From Raja brachyura (lineage: Eukaryota): DNA of 64,000 bases. The number at the start of each line of letters is the position of its first letter. Position 1 is the first letter of the stretch. Below the pieces are notes generated by a model, which was not told where the DNA came from, did no database searches, and worked only from the letters and a program-made list of their open reading frames with translations. Where the stretch lies: contig OY740781.1 in assembly GCA_963514005.1 (NCBI GenBank), forward strand, positions 41,292,001 through 41,356,000. The letters are read 5' to 3'. Of this stretch, positions 51,370-63,695 are shown in pieces. A program made the translations under genes and the position numbers.

Positions 51370-52030
51370 AAATGAGGGTTCTGAACTTAAACAAAGGTAA
51401 CTTTGAAGGTATGAGACGTGAATTGGCTAAGATAGACTGGCAAGTGATTCTTGTCGAAAGCCTTCTGAAAGTCCAGATAAAACACATCCACTGGTTCGAC
51501 CTTATCCACCCTACTAGTTACATCCTCGAAAAATTCTATAAGATTCATCAGACATGATTTACCTTTCGTAAATCCATGCTGACTTTGTCCAATAATTTCA
51601 CCACTTTCCAAATGTTCTGCTATCCCATCTTTAATAACTGACTCTAGCAGTTTCCCCACTACCGATGTTAGACTAACTGGTCTGTAATTCTCTGTTTTCT
51701 CTCTCTCTCCATTTTTAAAAAGTGGGGTTACATTAGCTACCCTCCAATCCTCAGAAACTACTCCAGAATCTAAAGAGTTTTGAAAAATTATCACTAATGC
51801 ATCCACTATTTCTGGGGCTACTTCCTTAAGTACTCTGGGATGCAGCCTATCTGGCCCTTGGGATTTATCGGCCTTTAATCCATTCAATTTACCTAACACC
51901 ACTTCCCAGCTAACCTGGATTTCACTCAGTTCCTCCATCTCATTTGACCTCTGGTCCCCTGCTATTTCCGGCAGATTGTTTATGTCTTCCTTAGTGAAGA
52001 CAGAACCAAAGTAGTTATTCAATTGGTTTG
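51370..52030 (-). mobile_element. CR1 RT fragment joined to a short inverted piece
   Basis: NYRPVSLTSVVGK, QHGF, DFQKAFD on minus (51450-52030); plus-strand piece 51370-51452. Confidence 0.88.
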
Positions 52031-52471
52031 CAATTGAAGATGATTCAATTGATCTTAGACAACCTCCAGGGGTTGACGATGATGCTTCCACTCCAGGCCT
52101 GTTGATGTCTGATAAGTTGTTTTTGATGCCTGCAGAATACCTGTCGGCATCAGGTGGTGCCTGATAAGGTGTGTCATTGGGCAGCTGCCACTGTTTGTGC
52201 TTATCCTCTGCATGTCTCTGTTGCGTAACTCAAGATGCCTCTTGGGGTACTCCTTACCAAATTAACCAATCACATACTAATTATTCCCTTAAATTAAAGA
52301 TGAATATTCCCCCTCTTCTGGCAATCTCTTGTTGTTATGGGGAGTTTAGTTGAATAATTTAGCAACATAACAGGTCTACGGAGTTGATTCAGGCTCTGCA
52401 ATGGGTATCAGGATCGTGGAGGAGAATGAAGTTGAGTTGTCTCGCTAATGGAGATTTTCAATCAATTCATA

Positions 52472-53165
52472 TCTATACTATTAAAAGTCTCGATTTGTCT
52501 GTGATCTCAGGAGCTACGCCAAAACGATACACAATAACGCGAAAATCTTTAGCAGAATCTTACTCTGCTTTTTCCTGTGGTCGCTCGTATCACGTTTAAA
52601 CATATTTGATGTTATATTTCACGTTATTAATATTTCAAGGTTAAAAAAAGCCAACTTTAACAAGATATTTACTGTTAAAATCCCTCCTGCCTGGTTCCAA
52701 CAAACTTTGATACAAAGTTGCAATACAGGAACACTGCTTCTACCAACTTTTCACCAGAATGGGATATCACAGTCCTCCACCCAACATTCGCAACAATGTT
52801 GCCATCATACAACACTTACTCCAGCTCCTGGCAGGACAGGAGGGGAAGGGTGAATTGGTATTGCAATTCGAGAAGTGAATTACAATTTTTTTTTTTTTTG
52901 AAGCCCAGTGCTGGGAGAGGCAGGGGAGTGCTGGAATCTTACCTTTGGCAATGGGTTGAGTTGGGGGACCACGCCTCCTGTGGGGGCGACGGGTCAGTGG
53001 TGTAATATTTTGTTGGGGAACAGCTCTCGCTCTCGCTCACTCTCTCTCGCTCGGTTTAAGTATGTTGCATTGCCTCTGGATATCCTCATTGCAAAGTGTA
53101 TTCATCGTTTAGAGTGACAATATATCATGTCAGTGAAATTTTGCAGAGTTGTGCATAGTAACTAG
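52472..53165 (+). mobile_element. Possible non-autonomous Helitron
   Basis: a|TCTATACTATTAAAA 5' end and CTAG|t 3' end; weak hairpin tgcagagttgtgca just upstream of CTAG. Confidence 0.45.
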
Positions 53166-53233
53166 TAGTGATTTAATATATTTGGCGGAATGAAATGTAT
53201 TTCTCAGTGATATAAAATGGTGCTGTTTTTCAG

Positions 53234-53434
53234 GTCTCAATCATGACCAGGCATTCACAAAGATTGTGGTTGAATTAAGGAAGATGTATCCTGGCCACAT
53301 TCTTCCAGATGAGGACCTCCAGTGGATCTTCGTGAATGCGGGAGGCTGGATGGGTTCGATTTGTGTTTTGCATGCATCCTTAACTGAATATGTGCTGCTC
53401 TTTGGAACAGCTTTGGACACTGGAGGGCACTCGG
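53234..53434 (+). CDS. SIGMAR1: SIGMAR1 exon 2 (GLNHDQAF...[12 protein letters not shown]...GGHS)
   Basis: Sigma-1/ERG2 signature [12 protein letters not shown] and HASLTEY; TTTTTCAG acceptor, G|GTATAT donor; 201 bp. Confidence 0.97.
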
Positions 53435-54058
53435 GTATATTAATTGTTCCATTAAATTATATTTGGAAACGTCTTAAAGGTTTATATCATGTCAACTCTA
53501 CATTAATGAGAAATCAATATTGGGTTTATAATGTGTCCTTCTGTTGTGAATTATTCAATTACACAGAAAGTGAGCTTTATATTAACAGTAAAACTAATTG
53601 GAAAATTTTGAACTAGAGTGAAATAAAAGATGCAAGAGATAAATAGGTGTGTATATATTCTGAGAATTCAGAAATTTCAAATATTCTATTGCTATAAAGT
53701 TCAAACCATGCTTGGAGGAATAGTCACTTTTCAAAGTCACCAATGCCATTCTTTGTAGCATTGACTATCAAACTGTCTACTAGTGTCCTCTTTGGCCCAT
53801 CAGCAAATTCCAACATACCTGTCCGTCACCCAAATGCTTCCCCCATGAGTTCCTGTCATCATTGTTCTCATGTGTCCACTGTATCTCCCTTGTTTGATTG
53901 CAAGCTTCACTTGTCTTTCCTATCAGATTGGTTCATCTACAGCCCTTTGCTATATCACCTTCCAGTATCTGTTCCTTATTCAATCCTTCGCTCCCTCCCT
54001 GACCTGACGCAATCTATCATTCAATCTCTCCTCATCCGGATCCATTGCTTGCCAGCTC

Positions 54059-54374
54059 TTTAGTTTAGTTTAGAAATACAGAGTGGAAACAGGACCTTTA
54101 ACCCACCGAGTCCACACCGACCAGCGATCCCTGCATATTAACACAATCCTACACACATTGGGGATAATTTACATTTGTACCAAGCCAGTTAACCTACGAA
54201 CCTGCATGCTTTGGAGTGTGGGAGGAAACCGAAGATCTCGGAGAAACCCCACGCTGTCATGGGGCGAACGTACGAACTCCGTATAGACAGCACCCGTAGT
54301 CGGGATTAAACCCGGGTTTCTGGTGCTGAAAGCGCTGTAAGGCAGCAACTGTACCGCTGCGCCATCGTGCCGCC
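54059..54374 (-). mobile_element. tRNA-head SINE (HE1-like)
   Basis: Reverse-complement head, core and tail. Confidence 0.85.
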
Positions 54375-54789
54375 TCTTGTCCCATTCTTCCCTTTTTTTA
54401 GCCCAGATGAAAGATCCTGACTTGAACCATCGACTTCCCTTCCATGGAATTTGCTCAACCCACTGAGATCCTCAAGCAGTTTTGTTGTTGTTGATCCAGA
54501 ATCCATCATCTACAGTCTCTTGTGTTTCCATCATATCTCCAGTGAAACAGCTGGTGGTTAAATCCATTCTAATTCCACTGCACTGGAATCAATCCCCCTG
54601 GAAGCCCATTTCTAAGTACTTAAGCAAAAATACAATAGTGTGGATGTTGGAAATCTAAAGTAAACACAGAAACTGCTGGAAATACTTAGCTGATCTGTGG
54701 AGAAAGAAATTGGTTAATGCTTTGAATTGATAACTTTTCCAGTGGGGGAAAATAAAACACTATAAACCCAGGAAGGTCTTCATGTTTCC

Positions 54790-55072
54790 TCTTAATAAAG
54801 GTCAGGCCGGGGCGAGTTCCCTCCGCCACGGGTACCATGTAATCCCGTGCTACCTGCTCCATGGTCGGCGACTAAACCGTCTCCCCCACCTGGTTAGCCA
54901 GATGAGGATGGGGCTGTGGACCCCCAGCAGGACCAAAACCAAGACCTGTCAAAGGGTGGATGAGCTCCTAGCGAGCCAACGGCCATCCACACTTCAGTAG
55001 AATTTGCGGTCACTGTTGTACATAACATTGTAATGCACCGTGCCGTTGATGTTTTCAACAATGATGATGATT
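54790..55072 (+). mobile_element. Short structured GC-rich element with (GAT)n tail, possibly an RTE-associated SINE
   Basis: Abrupt GC rise, several hairpins, ends gccgttgatg...gatgatgat. Confidence 0.4.
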
Positions 55073-55905
55073 ATCTATTTATTTATTTATTTCGAACAGA
55101 ATAAAAGAATAAAAAGCAAGTGTGAAACACCATACAAAAATCAAAACAAGAATATTTATAAAGTGTCATAAACAATATCTATAAATAAATGAACTCGTAT
55201 GTGTCCGAAAAGGAACAGGAAGAAGCCAAAGCGTATTAATTCCCACCCCTTATTCAACTGCTTATAATTATCTTATACAAATTTAGCAGCTACATGTACA
55301 CCCTATGTACACCAGCAGCTATATGTACACTAAATTATTTACATTTATATATTTATCAAATATTTACAAAGCCATACAAAAAAAAGGGAGAGAAAAAGAA
55401 AAAAGAGAAAAAACCCTCATGTGCTATACAGTATCTCTTAGTCATATATACAACCCATCACCCAATAATCACCCTTTCCAGAACAATCAGTATAACAAAT
55501 ATCCCACAAATGATTATCTTAATAAAGGTGCAGTCTTTTATTCAGAAATGTTAACAGAATTACTTTTCTTCAAAGCGATTCCATGAGGTATCAATCTGAA
55601 TCTGTTTTGAAATTAAGTTTAACAGTCGTATTCAAAAAAAAATTGCTATTCTTAAATCGTAGCCGAGCGCTTAGAGAGTTTGCATAGCCATTATTGTCTG
55701 TCAGTGAATCTGTTCTAAAGTTGTAAAATTCACTACAGTATTCCCATTGTGCTTGAGCATAGGAAACCTCAATTTCATATAAAAGATATTTAAAATGTTG
55801 CATATTTTTCTTATTTGAAAGTGGATTGAGCTTGCTATTTGTTACATGAAGATTTGGGAATGTGTATAATGGATGTATTTAAATTATTATGATTTGACAT
55901 TCTAG

Positions 55906-55998
55906 GTCGCTATTGGGCTGAAGTGTCTGATACAGTTATTTCAGGGACTTTTCAACAATGGAAAGAAGGGACTACAAAAAGTGAAATATATTACCCAG
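55906..55998 (+). CDS. SIGMAR1: SIGMAR1 exon 3 ([31 protein letters not shown])
   Basis: Matches human [31 protein letters not shown]; TAG acceptor, CAG|GTTAGT donor; 93 bp; not in the ORF track. Confidence 0.97.
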
Positions 55999-56498
55999 GT
56001 TAGTTTCTGTACAAAGTGTTTTGAGATGTAGTTATGCATGGAATCCCACCATTCTATATTCATTACAATTGACAGTATTAAAAGTGGGTCATTTTGTGCA
56101 TGTTTCTGTATCTTGATAAAGCTGGCCGATGAGTAATCATCCTAGAATCTCCTACTAAAGAGCTACAACAAGCTAAATTCAGTATTCCTTTTAAGTACAA
56201 TTCCTTTAGAAAGTGATGTTGAAATCTTCTTCCGCTGTTCTTTTCAGTTAGCCCATTTATATACTTCCCATATTATGTCTATAAACAAATTCCACCACCC
56301 CCGTCTCATTTTCTTTTACCACTTTTATCTCTTTATCCAGGTCATCTAACTTTTTCTGATGCAGCATGAATATAATAAAATTGTGCTTCGCATGACTAAA
56401 GTAGGCTTGATGGGCCGAATGGCCTAATTCCACTCCTATCACTTATGACCTTATGAAGGAACTAAACTCTACTTATGCATTATAATTTATTTCCACAG

Positions 56499-56728
56499 GT
56501 GACACAATAGTCCATTCTGTTGGTGAGGCCGCGTCTGTTCGCTGGAGTGCGGGCACTTGGATGGTTGAATATGGCCGAGGCTTTATTCCATCCATGTTGG
56601 GGTTTGCACTGTCTGATACCATCTTCAGCACGCAGGATTTTCTTACTCTCTATTATACAATATCCGTCTACGTAAAAGCACTCATTCTCGAAGCCAATAC
56701 ATACCTCGCTGGAGCTGGATTCTTTTGA
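56499..56728 (+). CDS. SIGMAR1: SIGMAR1 exon 4 (GDTIVH...[12 protein letters not shown]...STQDFLTL...GAGFF*)
   Basis: Ligand-binding Glu in WMVEYGRG conserved; CAG acceptor; TGA at 56726-56728; spliced CDS 663 nt = 220 aa + stop. Confidence 0.97.
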
Positions 56729-59700
56729 AGCTTGTTGGAGACTTTTTGTAATTTTAAACTTTATAAATGTCTTTATGATGTCAGTTTACATTACTTAATG
56801 GGGTTGAAAATTGTATCCATGCCCATCAGTCCTGAAAACTTTTTACATTACTTTTGTATAATACAACAGTTTTTTCAAATTTTCAATTATTTTTCATTAA
56901 CAGGGATCATCCCATCATATACTATTTTAAAAAGTCAATCAAGTCCTAAGATTGATTTGCATAATATCATTTTTAAGACAGAATCACTTTAAACATTAAC
57001 GTTTGGCTAAATCTTTTGGAATCATTTTGGAAGGTAAATTGAGACGGTAGGACTCTCAGCATGATTTTGAAACCTCATCAGATGACCATATTTTAAGCAT
57101 GTTATTGCTTTAATCTGAACCTGATGGTTAATGACTATCCTTTTAAATCTCTAAATCCTATCTATTAGATTTGCACACATTTATTACCAATCTGTTTGTA
57201 AATGGACTTTAGTTATTTAATTTTGTGTGCTTGAAACAAATAGATCTTGTACAAATTCACAGTTGTGTTCAGCATTTCTCCTGATCCTATTTAAAAGTCC
57301 AATTTTCGATGCACTTTTGTCGACCAAACCGGTGTGATAGTTTGAGCTGAGTAGCATAACATGAAATTGTAACAATATAAACCGTTAATTATCTCTTTAT
57401 CTGCTATAATATTTTATTGCAGGGTAGCTGGAAGTATTATGTAGAATTTCAGGAACTGTAAATGTTTTGTTTCATTCATTTTGGTTCTGGCAGTCAATGG
57501 CACCACATATTAGTAATCTAATGTTCGCTGGGTGAACACCACTGTCTTGAGCAAGGTTTGCTGCTGTTTGCAGCTGAGTTGCTGTTTTGAGTCAGCTGGC
57601 CATTTATGGACAGCTGCGTGATTTAGGAATAATTGAAGCTGTAAATGCACACTTGCCTTGCCTTTTGCTGCTACTTGCCCCGGACAGCCAGGCTACTTGC
57701 ATAACTATATTCCCACCCAGGTGAAAGAATCTACTCCTTGTATTTTATCACTTAATACTGTTGTAATATGAAAGCTGTAAATGTTCAGAAAAGGTGAATT
57801 AGAAATGGAAAATGCTGGAAGCACTTGGCAACTGAGTAAGCTTTTATGGAAAGAGAACTGGTTAATATTTCAAATCAATGTTCCAACAAGGAGCCTTTAG
57901 CCTGAATTTTTTTCCATAGATGCTTCATGTCTCACTGGACGTTTCCAACATTTTCTTCATTTTATAGGAAATGTCCAGCTTTGACCATGGTGCTAATTGA
58001 ACTGATTTGTGTTATTTAAAATTATTGGCAGTTGTTTTCCCTGGATTTTGTTCTGCCAGCTGTGAAGGAAAAGGTTGGAAATGCTATTGATTATGTAGAG
58101 GAGTTACATCTGTTAATCTGCATTCAATAGAGGATATCTACTAGTAAGAACAATAACAATTATTTTTCCACAGCCTGTCTGGGATGTACACAGGTGGTGC
58201 AAACTGCAAATTCTTGTCTTGCCATGTGACATGTTCCCTGCATAAATTTGAATTATTTGAGGAGATTCCTGACATTTTTCCGTCCATTTCTTGTTTCTCC
58301 CAGATTATCTAAGACCTTCTGCTCTAAATTGATACTGGCAGTGTTGTTTTGAGGAGGTTGGAGAGTGTGAATGCCATTTTTTTAAATTGCATCTGGATTT
58401 GAAATCTAAATTTTTTTTGTTTAATTACATCCACTTGTATTGTACATCTGCCTCATCAGGTCGTCTTGGTTATATTTGAAAGTTTACATAGATAAAAACT
58501 GAAATGGAGAATCAAAGATTTCCCAAATATGAAGTTTATTTCTATTTGCTTTCATGTTTTTGTTGCTAAAACGCTTTGCTTCAAGAGCTGGTCTGTTTTT
58601 ACTGAATAAATAGTACATGAAATGTTGCGTTTCTCTTTAATCGTTAAAGGAAATTTTAAAGAGAACAGCCTTTTTTGGTACAATATATGCATAAAAGCAG
58701 TAGTTAGCCATATTGTTAGTGAGTTCCTTTAAAAAAATTTGCAATGAGTTTTCAGGTCCACATATTTCAATGCAAAGTACTCCTGCTGTTGATATAGGTT
58801 TGAAATATAAAAGCAAAAGATTTGCTCAAAAAAATCTATCAATATGTTTAAGTTAATTAAAGCAAACACATTTTTGATCCTTATTTGTGTTATGGTGACC
58901 AATGAATTTGCCATTGTTCAATAGATAGTTGGAACAATTTGTTTCAAGAATAGAGCAACAAGTTGTCTTAAAATAGTTATTACCACAATGCCTAATTATT
59001 CGCTGCAGTATGTGCATTTGGGTCATTTCTTAGTTTGCTTTTGCATATATCTTAATTGCTCTGTTGACAACATGGTTTCAATTTGAAGTTGGGCAAATTT
59101 ATTGTGTCTGTTGTTGCCATTCATTGGTGTCTGTCCACACAGCAAACTCGCATTTTGAGGTTGAGGAATACTGCAGTAGAAAAAACTCCTCCTTTGTTCA
59201 AATGTGCAATGTTGCACAATATCACAGTTCCAGTGACCGTATTGAAGTCAACAAAACTTTAATTTTAGGAGTATTCAACAAGTATATGCTTTGATACTGT
59301 GTTTCCATATCCAACTGTTAACAAAATTGAATGCATGGACTCTTTTTGCCTTACTTTACTGACCCAGAGAGGAATCATTGGCTGGGCAGCTGTTAGGATT
59401 TGGTGTGGAGATGATTGCAAATGAGATCTATGGCAGTCCCCAACAATCAGGGAAATACTGAGAGGGAAGGGTAACAAATAGTTGCAGAGATGACGAAGTG
59501 CTATCATTTCCCCTTCCACTAAATCATTGGTGCATGTTAAAATTTGTATGCAGAATTTCACATTTTTTTTTATACTGCAAGCAAAATTTAAATTTTGCAA
59601 GAAAAAAAATTGCATATGGGAATCCCAGAAAACAATGGATATTCTAAAGCAGCCAATCATTTTATATTTATTTGAGCAAGTATCGTTGCAATTGTTTCAT

Positions 59701-60460
59701 CAACTAGAAGTCAATGTTCTGTTCACATTGAATTTTTTTTTTTTGGAACATATTACATTTATTGTAACGGGGCTGTACTTTCAAGGACTATCTATTTGTG
59801 CATTTGAATTTGGACTGAAATGTAGAAGAATCACCTCTGCAGCAAAGATGGATGTCATTTTTAGTAAATTAAACCTTCAGGAATTCAGCAAATTCTATAA
59901 ATGGAAAACCAATTGTCTTGCATTTAGTACTTCACTTTTTTAATAGATCAAAGTTAAATTGGGAACTGAAATGGTTGCATAACCTAATTTGAACAAGTTA
60001 GAATCCAATAAATGGTCAATTCTGAATTTAATCTATACCCCAATAATTTTGTTCTAAATTCTCCATGTGGGAGCTTTATTGTGAAAGAGTGGGTGCAGGA
60101 ATGAAATGCTGGAATGGTAAATGACTGACTTTTTTTTAAACTTTCTGTTGATTCATTGCTAATGTCCATAAATAAACAAGCAATGTACTTGAATAATATT
60201 GGCTCTAACTTGAAGCTTTTAAAGTGCTGTCTGTAAAATAAAGTAATGTGCTGAAAAATACTTTGTGATTGATCATGGAAATTTCACCAAGAGCCTTATT
60301 AAAATATCATTAGAGTATATCCTGGTGTATTTGAAAATGTCAGATATTAGCAAACTAATTTGCCTAAATATATCTATTGTCTTGAAAAATGAAAGTACGT
60401 GTATTTTGTGCGATAAACATTGAAAATAAAATTTCTGCTTTAATAAATAGTTCAATCCAC
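56729..60460 (+). other. Probable long SIGMAR1 3' UTR with alternative poly(A) signals
   Basis: AT-rich and almost free of recognisable repeats; AATAAA at 58605, 60171, 60237, 60425, 60442. Confidence 0.5.
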
Positions 60461-60576
60461 ATCTTTAATGTCTTTTTCAACTAAAATGATGGTAATCAAG
60501 AACACTCCTTGCGAAATTTAAGAATCTATTGTCTCTTTGAGCCTGTTGTAGTATTCATACAACCACCACCTAGATA

Positions 60577-60750
60577 CCCAAAAAGCTGGAGAAACTCAGC
60601 GGGTGCAGCAGCATCTAAGGAGCGAAGGAGATAGGCGACGTTTCGGGTCGAGACCCTTCTTCAGACTCCTTAGATGCTGCTGCACCCGCTGAGTTTCTCC
60701 AGCTTTTTGTGTCACCCTCGATTCTCCAGCATCTGCAGTTCCTTCTTTAA
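60577..60750. mobile_element. Fold-back PLE pLTR derivative with 13-bp TSD
   Basis: About 42-bp perfect inverted arms (aaaagctggagaaactcagcgggtgcagcagcatctaaggag and its reverse complement); caccacctagata at 60564-60576 and 60751-60763. Confidence 0.8.
60634..60667 (-). ncRNA. Minimal type-I hammerhead ribozyme motif (PLE-associated)
   Basis: Minus strand reads AGU-CUGAAGA-A-GGGUC-UC-GACCC-GAAACGUC-GCC: CUGANGA core, stem II, GAAA, palindromic ACGU and a GUC site; stem I is weak. Activity not shown. Confidence 0.6.
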
Positions 60751-60763
60751 CACCACCTAGATA

Positions 60764-62375
60764 CAGTGGCTTGCAAAAGTTTTCATACCCCTTGAACTTT
60801 TCCACATTTTGTCACGTTACAACCACAAACGTAAATGTGTTTTATTGGGATTTTATGTGATAGACCAACACAAAGTGGCGCGTAATTGTGAAGTGGAAGG
60901 AAAATGATACATGGTTTTTAAATTTTCTTACAAATAAAAAACTGAAAAGTGTGGTGTGCAAAACATTCAGCCCCCTTTACTCTGATACCCCTAAATAAAA
61001 TCCAGTGCAACCAATTGCCTTCAGAAGTCACCTAATTAATAAATAGGGTCCACTTGCGTGTAATGTAATCTCAGTATAAATACAGCTGTTCTGTGAAGGC
61101 CTCAGAGGTTTGTTAGAGAACATTAGTGAACAAACAGCATCATGAAGCCCAAGGAACATACCAGACAGGTCAGGGATAAAGTTGTGGAGAAGTATAAAGC
61201 AGTGTTAGGTTATTGAAAAAAATATCCCAAGCTTTGAACATCTCACGGAGCACTGTTCAATCCATCATCCGAATATGGAAAGAGTATGGCACAACTGCAA
61301 ACCTACCAAGACATGGCCGTCCACCTAAACTGATAGGCCGGGCAAGGAGAGCATTGATCAGAGAAGCAGCCAAGAGGCCCATGGTAACTCTGGAGGAGCT
61401 GCAGAGATCCACAGCTCGGGTGGAAGAATCTGTCCACAGGACAAGTATTAGTCGTGCACTCCTCAAATCTGGCCTTTATGGAAGTGTGGCAAGAAGAAAG
61501 CCATTGTTGAAACAAAGCCATAAGAAGTCTCGTTTGCAGTTTGCCACATGCCATGTGGGGGACACAGCAAACATGTGGGGGAAGGTGCTCTGGTCTGATG
61601 AGACCAAAATTGAAGTTTTTGGCCTAAATGCAAAACGCTATGTGTGGCAGAAAACTAACACTGCACATCACCCTGAACACACCATCCCCACTGTGAAACA
61701 TGATGGTGGCAGCATCATGCTGTGGGGATGCTTTTCTTCAGCAGGGACAGGGAAGCTGTTCAGAGTTGATGGGAAGATGGATGGAGCCAAATACAGGGCA
61801 ATCTTGGAAGAAAACCTGTTAGTCTGCAAAAGACTTGAGACTGGGGCGGAGGTTCACCTTCCAGCAGGACAACGACCCTAAACATACAGCCAGAGCTACA
61901 ATGGAATGGTTTAGTTCAAAGCATATTCATGTGTTAGAATGGCCCAGTCAAAGTCCAGACCTAAATCCAATTGAGAATCTCTGGCAAGACTTGAACATTG
62001 CTGTTCACAGACGCTCTCCATCCAATCTGACTGAGCTTGAGCTATTTTGCAAAGAAGAATGGGCAAACATTTCAGTCTCTAGATGTGCAAAGCTGGTAGA
62101 GACATACCCCATAAGACTTGCAGCTGTAATTGCAGCGAAAGGTGGGTCTACAAAGTATTGACTCGGGTGCAGGATACTTTTGCATGCCACACTTTTCAGT
62201 TTTTTTTGTAATAAAATTTGGAAACCTTGTATCATTTTCCTTCCACTTCACAATTATGCACCATTTTGTGTTGGCCTATCACATAAAATCCCAATAAAAA
62301 ACATTTACGTTTGTGGTTGTAACGTGACAAAATGTGGAAAAGTTCAAAGGGTATGAAAACCTTTGCAAGCCACTG
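60764..62375 (+). mobile_element. Full-length Tc1 (DD34E) DNA transposon, 1612 bp
   Basis: TA|CAGTGGCTTGCAAA ... TTTGCAAGCCACTG|TA, TIRs about 200 bp, internal transposase. Confidence 0.96.
61142..62161 (+). pseudogene. Tc1 transposase with two frameshifts (near 61213 and 61820)
   Basis: MKPKEH start, GRPPKL AT-hook, [14 protein letters not shown]...SPDLNPIE with 34 residues between D and E; split across three frames. Confidence 0.93.
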
Positions 62376-63475
62376 TAGCTCAGCTGACCCCAGTGCTGTT
62401 TTCATTTGAATTGGCATTTGACTCCCTTTAAGATTACTGATGATCAATTAGTACCACCTTCCACCTATAACAATGCTGTGAAAGTCTCTGCTAAAACGAC
62501 CTGGTTGTTGGATCGATTTAATAAAGATGGATCAAATTAGATTCTAATTTGAACAAGCTAGAATCCAATATATTGACACCCCCCCCCTCCCCGGCTTCAC
62601 AATCTGCAACACTTCAAACATGTCTCACACATTTAGATCTTATCTCTGGACTTTGTTCCAGCCAAATCTACACACAAAAACTTTGAGTAACCCAGTGGGT
62701 CAGGCAGCATCTCTGGAGAAAAGGAATGGGTGACGTTTTGGGTTGAGACCCTTCTTCAGACAGAGTTGGGGGAAAGGGAAACGAGAGCTACAAAGAGATA
62801 CAAAACAAATGAATGAACGATATGTAGAAAAGCAACTATGATCAAGGTAAGGTGGAACTCTAGAGCCCACAATGGCACATTGTTGGCTGTGGGGTAGGTA
62901 ATAACGAGCTAGACGGTGAAACGCAACAGGATGACAATTAAATTAGAATGACAACAAAGGTGGGGGAGGGATGGAGAAAGAGGGGATGCAAGTGTTAATT
63001 GAAGTTGGAGAAATCAATATTCATACTGTTGAGTTATAAGCTGCAAGTGAAATATGAGGTGCTGTTCCTCCAATTTGTGTTTGGTCTCATCTGCCTGTCA
63101 GTCCAAAGAAGGGTCTTGACCAGAAGTGTCACATATCCTTGTTCTCTAACGCACTTTGTGAGTGTTTAAGGAGGCGGGCACCTTAATGGCTTAAGCCTGC
63201 ACTTCCATGACGAGTCGTTGATATGCTAGAGATGATTAATCTCAAGCGTTGCTGGGAATCTGGAGAAAAAAGCTTTAAACAAAAAAGCTGTTGAGCTAAT
63301 TCAGGTTGAAACATTGAAAAACAGGCTGATAATTATATGGAGATTGCACGGCAGTCGGGCCACGACCTGTGACCTGTATGGTTACCACGCAATGCCAACT
63401 GGAGTACACATGATGAACTGCATGTAAGCACTTACCATTGTTTCTAGCGTAGCGGGCCCATTAAAAAAGGCCAAA

Positions 63476-63695
63476 ATTATCAATTTTTGCGCGGTAAATA
63501 ATTATGGAAATCGGTGTAAGCGTGAGAGACATTTATCCTACTTCAGAATTCCTAAAGCGAGGAGAAATTATGGTAGAGAGAAGTGGCAGCTGAAGGGACA
63601 ACAACAGCTAAAGTGGTTGGCGAGCAATGGCCGTGCATATATCAAGATTGAAAATATTGGCAATTACCGCATTTGCTCACTGCATTTCACCAACA
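63476..63695 (+). pseudogene. Fossil THAP-domain exon of a DNA transposon (Kolobok-like; element may start at 63170)
   Basis: Open frame IINFCAVNNYGNR...YFRIP...KWLA...YRICSLHFTN followed by a GTAAG donor; THAP hallmarks C, FxxP, W, CSxHF. TTAA|GG at 63166-63171. Confidence 0.7.
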
